A stretch of DNA of 64,000 nt, from the NCBI RefSeq assembly GCF_009914755.1, contig NC_060938.1. The stretch is one strand, 5' to 3'. Position numbers and translations under genes: made by a program. The notes beneath the pieces were generated by a model, which was not told the DNA's origin, made no database searches, and saw only the letters and a list, made by a program, of their open reading frames with translations. The DNA comes from the human T2T-CHM13v2.0 reference genome, Homo sapiens. Positions 56,515 through 64,000 of this stretch are shown piece after piece (position 1 is the first letter of the stretch; each line of letters begins with the position of its first letter).

Positions 56515-56914
56515 ATCTAATCAGTTGCCAACATGTCTAGGATAAAAGCAGGCAGAGGAACATAAAAGGACTAGACTGGCCTGAGTCTTTCAGCCTTCAT
56601 CTTTCTTCTGTGCTGGATGCTTCCTGTCCTTGAACATCAGACTCCAAGTTCTTAAGCTTTTGAACTCTTGGACTTACACCAGTGGTTTGCCAGGGGCTCT
56701 CAGACCTTCGATCACAGACTGAAAGCTGCACTGTTGGCTTCCCTACTTTTGGAGTTTTGGGACTCGGATTAGCTTCCTTGCTCCTCAGCTTGCAGATGGC
56801 CTATTGTGGGACTTCACCTTGTGATTACATGATTAAATACTCCTTAGTAATCTCCCCTCTAACTATACATCTATCCTATTAGTTCCGTCCCTCTAGAGAA
56901 CCCTAATTAATACA
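56515..56914 (+). mobile_element. MLT2A1-like HERV-L LTR lacking its 5' end
   Basis: atctaatcagttgcca...ctcctcagcttgcagatggcctattgtgggac...ctctagagaaccctaattaataca. Confidence 0.87.
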
Positions 56915-56919
56915 GTATG

Positions 56920-59000
56920 CTAAAGGTAAAACAAAGCTTAGTCTCAAAAGACAAAGCAAACATCAGAATTGGAATTACCAGACAGGCGATTCAAAATTAC
57001 TATGACTAATATGTAAATGCCTCTTTTGGAAAAGCTAACAACATGGAAGAACAAAGGAGTTATATAAACAGAAAGGTTGAAATGCTAAGAAAGTATCAAA
57101 AGGAAATGCTAGAAATAATAATAAAAAAAGCAACAGAAATGAAAAGTGTCATTAATGCAATCACTGATAGACTAGGCATGGCCAAGGAAACAACCAGTGA
57201 GCTGCAAGATCCCTCAATAGAAACTTTCCTAACTAAAACAAAATGATAAACAAAAATGGAAGGTACCACAATATTCAAGAATTGAGAGACAATTTCCAAA
57301 GGTATAAAATATGTGTGATCAAAAAATAAGAGGGAAAAAGAGGAAATGGAGTATAGTCTATATTTCATGTCAAAATATTTCAAAAACAAGAATGTTTTTG
57401 GAGAATGTTCCAAAATTAATGAGAAGCACCAAACCACAGACTAGGGAGTTCAGAGAACATCAAGCAGGATAAATATCAACTGGAAAATAATCCTCATTTA
57501 GGCTTATCCTATTCAAACTGCAGAAAACCGAATAAAAAAAAGAAATATTGAAAGAAACCAAAGGAAAAGAAGATCTTATCTATAAAAGAACATGGATAAG
57601 AATTACACTGGTCTTCTTGTTAGAAGCCATGAAAGCTACAGGAAAGGGACATGAGATATTAATAGTTATGAAATAAAACAGACAAAAAAACTTAGAACTT
57701 TCTATCCAAAAAAAAACTGTCTTTCAAAAGTACCCATCAGGCAAACAAAGACTGAGAAATTCATTCCATTTCCAGGAGATGCAGAAAATGTCAAAATATG
57801 TTATTTGGGAAAAATAACTTTTTCTCTTTTTTTTCAATTTACTTTGCGTTACTTGAACAGTTTATATAATTCCATTTTTTCTCCTATCTTAGCATCTCAA
57901 TTATGCTTCTTTTTTAAACTGGAGTTTCTAGAGTTTGCAAAGTTCAGGAAGACCATTGAAAAAATGAAAAGTATGAATGAAGAAAACGTGCAAAGAAGAA
58001 AACAATTAAAAACATGGTAGATATTAATGCAACTATATCAATAATCACTTTAATTGGCAACACTCTAAATAGACCAATTAATGAAAAAATGCTCACCATC
58101 ACTGGCTATCAGAGAAATGCAAATCAAAACCACAATGAGATACCATCTCACACCAGTTAGAATGGCAATCATTAAAAAGTCAGGAAACAACAGCTGCTGG
58201 AGAGGATGTGGAGAAATAGGAACACTTTTACACTGTTGGTGGGACTGTAAACTAGTTCAACCATTGTGGAAGTCAGTGTGGCGATTCCTCAGGGATCTAG
58301 AACTAGAAATACCATTTGACCCAGCCATCTCATTACTGGGTATATACCCAAAGGACTATAAATCATGCTGCTATAAAGACACATGCACACGTATGTTTAT
58401 TGTGGCACTATTCACAATAACAAAGACTTGGAACCAACCCAAATGTCCAACAATAATAGACTGGATTAAGAAAATGTGGCGCATATACACCATGGAATAC
58501 TATGCAGCCATAAAAAATGATGAGTTCATGTCCTTTGTAGGAACATGGATGAAATTGGAAATCATCATTCTCAGGAAACTATCGCAAGGACAAAAAAACA
58601 AACATTGCATATTCTCACTCATAGGTGGGAATTGAACAATGAGAACACATGGACACAGGAAGGGGAACATCACACTCTGGGGACTGTTGTGGGGTAGGGG
58701 GAGGGGGGAGGGATAGCTTTAGCAGATATACCTAATGCTAAATGACGAGTTAATGGGTGCAGCACACCAGCATGGCACATGTATACATGTGTAACTAACC
58801 TTCACATTGTGCACATGTACCCTAAAACTTAAAGTATAATAATAATAAAATTAAAAAAAAAAAGACAGAGATTGTCAGCATAGTTTAAAAAAATCTCCAC
58901 TACCTCACTATAGGTTGTGGGGAGTTTACAACCTGACTTTAAATATAAAGACAAAGATAGATTAAAAACAAAGGGATAAAGACATATCATGCTAACTTTT
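56920..59000 (+). mobile_element. Old L1M (MC/MD-type) ORF1 to ORF2-start fragment, interrupted by a young L1PA
   Basis: aaaaggaaatgctagaaat; ttccaaaattaatg; ttcaaactgcagaaaacc; ccaatta|aaagacagagattgtcag split by the insertion. Confidence 0.7.
58081..58863 (+). mobile_element. L1PA2/3-like LINE, 5'-truncated (~780 bp); 184-codon ORF2 C-terminus still open
   Basis: ggaagtcagtgtgg, gaaattggaaatcatc, cacactctggggactgttgtgggg, ctaatgctaaatgac, gtaactaacc; poly-A tail. Confidence 0.93.
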
Positions 59001-59122
59001 TTTTTTAAAGGCTCTCAATATAGTAAAACAAAAAATTTGCAGGGAAAAATTAAGCAAAACTCAAGCAGTATAAAATAACCACATCTAAAGCTTTTCTCAA
59101 ATTACAACTTTCTTACAAGGCC

Positions 59123-59519
59123 TGTATTAGGGTGTTCTTGTGTTGCTATAAAAGAAATACCTGAGGCTGGGAAATCATACAGAAAAGTGGTTTATTCATT
59201 CATGCTTCTGCATGCTTTACAAGAAGCATGGTGCTGGCATTTGCTTAGCTTCTTGGTAAGCCTTAAGAAGCTTACAGTCATAGTGGAAGATGAAATGGGA
59301 GTGAGTGTGTCACATGGCAAGAGCAAGAAAGGTGGGGAGGTGTCACACACTTTGAAGCAACCAGATCTTGTGAAAACACATTCACTATTGCAGAGACAGC
59401 ACGAAGTCATGAGAGATTCACCCCCATGACTCAGTCACCCACCATCAGGCCCCACATCCAATATTGGGGATTACATTTCAACATGAGATTTGGGAAGGAC
59501 AACTATCCAAACTATATCA
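59123..59519 (-). mobile_element. MSTA/MSTB MaLR solo LTR
   Basis: tgtattag...aagaagcatggtgctggcat...tccaaactatatca; perfect TSD AGGCC. Confidence 0.9.
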
Positions 59520-60617
59520 AGGCCTTAATAAATTGTTTCTTTTAAATAAGTGGAATACAAAATAATATACAGTTGATCTTTGCACAGTACAGGTTTAAAA
59601 TGCATGGGTCTATTTATACGCAGATTTTGCTTAATAAATACATTGAAATATTTTTTGAAAATTTGCAACAAATTAAACAAACTCTCATATAAACCATGTT
59701 AACCTAGAAATAATTTTTAAATTCAGAAAAATTTAAGTGTGTTATGAATACATAAAACACACAGAAATATTAGTCTCTTTTTATTTCCTACCATAAAATA
59801 TATACAAATAAATTATGAAAAGCTAAAATTTTTCAAAATTTATACGTGCGCTTATAAAACATACCACACCTTTCCCAGGCACCATTCACATTTGAGAAAA
59901 ATGTAAATAAATGTAACGATGCAGTATTAAGTCATAATTACATAAAATTAATTGTAGTACATATCATACTGCTGTAATAGTATTATAGCCACCTCTTATT
60001 GCTATTGTGGTTCACTCAAGTGTTGCAAGAATCAACTTAAAATGTCATTATTTTCTCTGTGTGAGCAACCTGTCCAGTAAACTGCATATTTCAATAAACA
60101 TGATCTCTTAAAGTTCTTATTTTTTTTTTAATCATGTTTAGTACAATACTGTAAACCTTGAGTAACACTCTGGGACCCATGCAAAGTGCCACAGTGATGC
60201 TTGAAGTGACACCGAGAAGCAGAGAAAAGTCATGATATTACAAGAAAAAGTTGAATTGCTTGGTATATACTGTAGATTGAGATCTGCAGCTGTGGTTGCC
60301 CACCATTTCAAGATGAATGAATGTAGCATAGGGACCATTGTAAAAAAAAAAATTCCTGAAACTGTTGTTGCATCTATGCCAGCAGGAGTGGAAACCTTGT
60401 ACTTTTTGCAAAGTATATTTGTATCTTATATTGAACATGTGGCTTATATGTGAGTGCAGGATTGCTATAATAAAGACATACCTATAGACTTTAATATAAT
60501 TTGAGAAAAAATGAAGTCATTATATGATAACTTAAAGCAAAAGGAAGGTGAAGGATCTAAACCTGGGGGAAATTATTGCCAGCAAAGGATGGCTTGATAA
60601 CTTTATAAAGAGGTTTG

Positions 60618-60705
60618 GGAGTTTGGTTCAAGGCCACAGTGACTTATAACTCTGCCACTGTACGCTAGCCTCAATGGCAGAGCAAGATCCCATCTTTAAA
60701 ACAAA
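60618..60705 (+). mobile_element. Old Alu monomer/AluJ 3' fragment inside Tigger2
   Basis: gttcaaggccacagtga...gccactgtac.ctagcct...cagagcaagatcccatct. Confidence 0.7.
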
Positions 60706-60984
60706 TTGGCTTAAAACGTGTCCAAATAATAAGAGAAGCAGCTTCTGCCAACCAGGGACAGCAAAAGAATTTCCAGACATCATTAAGAAAATCACTGAGG
60801 AGTCAGAGTATCTACCTGAGCGAATTTTAATGCCAATGAAAGTGCCCTATACTGTTAAAAAATGCCACAAAGGACATTTATTTGTTAGAAAATAAGTGAG
60901 CACCAGAATTTAAAGCAGAAAGAGATAGGCTGCCTCTACTGCTCTATGCAAACGCATTTGGGTTTATACTCAGGACTACCCTTA

Positions 60985-61338
<354 letters not shown>

Positions 61339-62186
61339 ATACCAGCTTCCCAGCTGCTAGTTTTTTTGGTTGCGCAACAAGAAGATTTGGACAATAAGAA
61401 CCTTTTACTGGATTAGTTCTATCAGTGCTTTGTTCCCAAAGTCAGAAAGGACTTGGCCAGTAAAGCACAGTCTTTAAAAGTTATTTTGATATGAGACAAC
61501 ACACTTGGCCACTCAGAATCCTGCAAGTTCAACACTGAAGGTGTCAAAATGGTCTACTTGCTCCCAAGCAAATGTCTCTAATTAAGCCACTAGATCGGGG
61601 GTCATGAAGATGAGTAAGGCTCATTATGCACAGTACTCTATGGAAGGAACTGTCAATGCTATGGAAGAGAACTCTAATAGAGAAAAACATCATGAAAATA
61701 TGAATGAATTACACAATTGAAGGTGCCATCATTTAAAAGGCAATGAAAGCTGTCAGGCCTGAAACAGTAAATTTCTGATGGAGAAAACTGGGTTCAGATC
61801 AGGATGTATGACAGAGACAATCAAGGGAATCAGAAAGAAATTGCATATATGGCCACAACAGTGGGGGAAGAAGGGTTTCAAGTTATGAATCTTGGAGAAA
61901 TTCAAGAGTTAATAGACACCACATCTGAGGAATTAACCAACTGTGACTTGATGGAGATGAGTGCTTCCAAGCCAGTGCCAGAAAATGACGAAGAAGACCT
62001 CCCAAGAAGCAGTGCCAGAAAACAAATTGACATTCGACAATCTGACAGAATTGTTCCAATATTCAAGACTGCTTTTGACTTCTTTTACAAGATCGACTCT
62101 TCTATAATATGGGCACTGAAACTAAAGCAAATGGTAGAAGAAGGATTGGTACCATATATGCATATATTCAGAAAAATGAAAAATAA

Positions 62187-62724
<538 letters not shown>

Positions 62725-64000
62725 ACAATTTTCTTAATACCATTTTCTTTCTCTAGCTTATTTTATTGTAAGAAAACAGTATATAATATACATAATACAT
62801 ATATAACTTACAAAATATATGTTAACCAACATTTTATGTTATTGGTAAGGGTTCTAGTCAATAGTAGAATATTAGTAGTTATGTTTTTGGGGGAGTCAAA
62901 AGTTACACAAGAATTTTCAAATGCATGGGAGGTTGGTGCTTCTAACTCCTAAGTTGCTCAGGGTCAGCTATATTTAAAAACTGCTATGTGACTATGTCCC
63001 GTATTTGCTTACCTCATAATTATTTGGCTGTAATGGATTACTAATTTCTTATAAATTTTTACAAAGTGTGAATATTTACAGATTATAAAGTAAGCATTCA
63101 AATTTATAAACTGTCACACAAATTAATGCTTTCCTAATCACCAATATTTAAAATGTATCCAAATGAATGATGTGATGGCAAATTGTGTCACAGCTTAACA
63201 ATAATATGAAGCATGGTTTATAAAATAATTTATTTTATGTATGTATATAACAACCAGTAAGACATTCTACTTATTGCTGTTTTCAGGCACATGGGCTCCT
63301 GATTATTACCCTAAAGTCACCAGAAATAATTTTCTATTTTATAATTTGTAATTCATTTGTAAAATGCTAATATAGTCTATTGGGTTTGCCACTGTTGCCA
63401 AGTTTATTCAAAAGAGTTATCAAATTATAATTAAGTGAATAGAAATCTTCTTGGCCTATGTAAATATTATATTTAGTTCATAAATATGTAATGCTATTAA
63501 TTCATGTGGAGTCCTTGGCAATTTTGAAATAAGTATTGCTGTCTCTGATGACCATCTTATACATAAAATATTTAATTTCCCAAGAATGAAGTTTGAAAAG
63601 AAACTCGAAGTTTATTTAAATAGAACTTTCTGTAAATGTAAATACTAGGAAAGTACTAGAAATTATGAGGTATCACATGGATGAAAATTGCCATTTGTTT
63701 GATGAGTTACTCAAAATAGCATTGTCTTGTTTACCACCATATTTGGTGAGAAGTGTCTGCCACAGCTGCTTCTTCTATGAAATGACTGCAATCCTTTCCA
63801 GTTAGAAATACCCATATAATAAGGCAAGTTGTACCCAATTCTCTATCAGAGCCATGTCTTTTCATTAATTTATAAAACTTCTCTTCACAAAGAGAGTTGA
63901 TTTGTTATAATTTAGCAACACAGAATACACATTTTTCATCTTTGAAGTAAGACTACATAAAATAAGGCCTCATATATGTCTTCTCTTATCTTGATTTTTA

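Noticed and set aside
58081-58635. 184-aa ORF as a protein-coding gene
   Set aside because: It is the C-terminus of L1 ORF2 in a promoterless 5'-truncated copy

Overview
AT-rich primate genomic DNA, most likely human or another ape (an AluY and an L1PA2/3-type element are present). It reads as a gene desert or deep intron. I find no supportable protein-coding gene, RNA gene or CpG island. Every recognisable ORF in the track is a transposon remnant (L1 ORF2, THE1 internal ORF, Tigger2 transposase) or a chance ORF. Roughly half of the window is interspersed repeats: L1s of many ages, L2/MIR, nine Alus or Alu fragments, many MaLR/ERVL/ERV1 LTRs (including a two-LTR THE1A element), a near full-length Tigger2 and a Tigger1 fragment. 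Subfamily names come from recalled consensus features, not a database search, and boundaries of old repeats are approximate. I did not find a new biological system. The most interesting signals are mutational-mechanism fossils: a 63-bp near-perfect hairpin inside an old L1, an apparent L1 3' transduction, two inverted L1PA5/6-like copies sharing private variants (probable gene conversion), local templated insertions, and a perfect 70-bp duplication in an MLT2A LTR.
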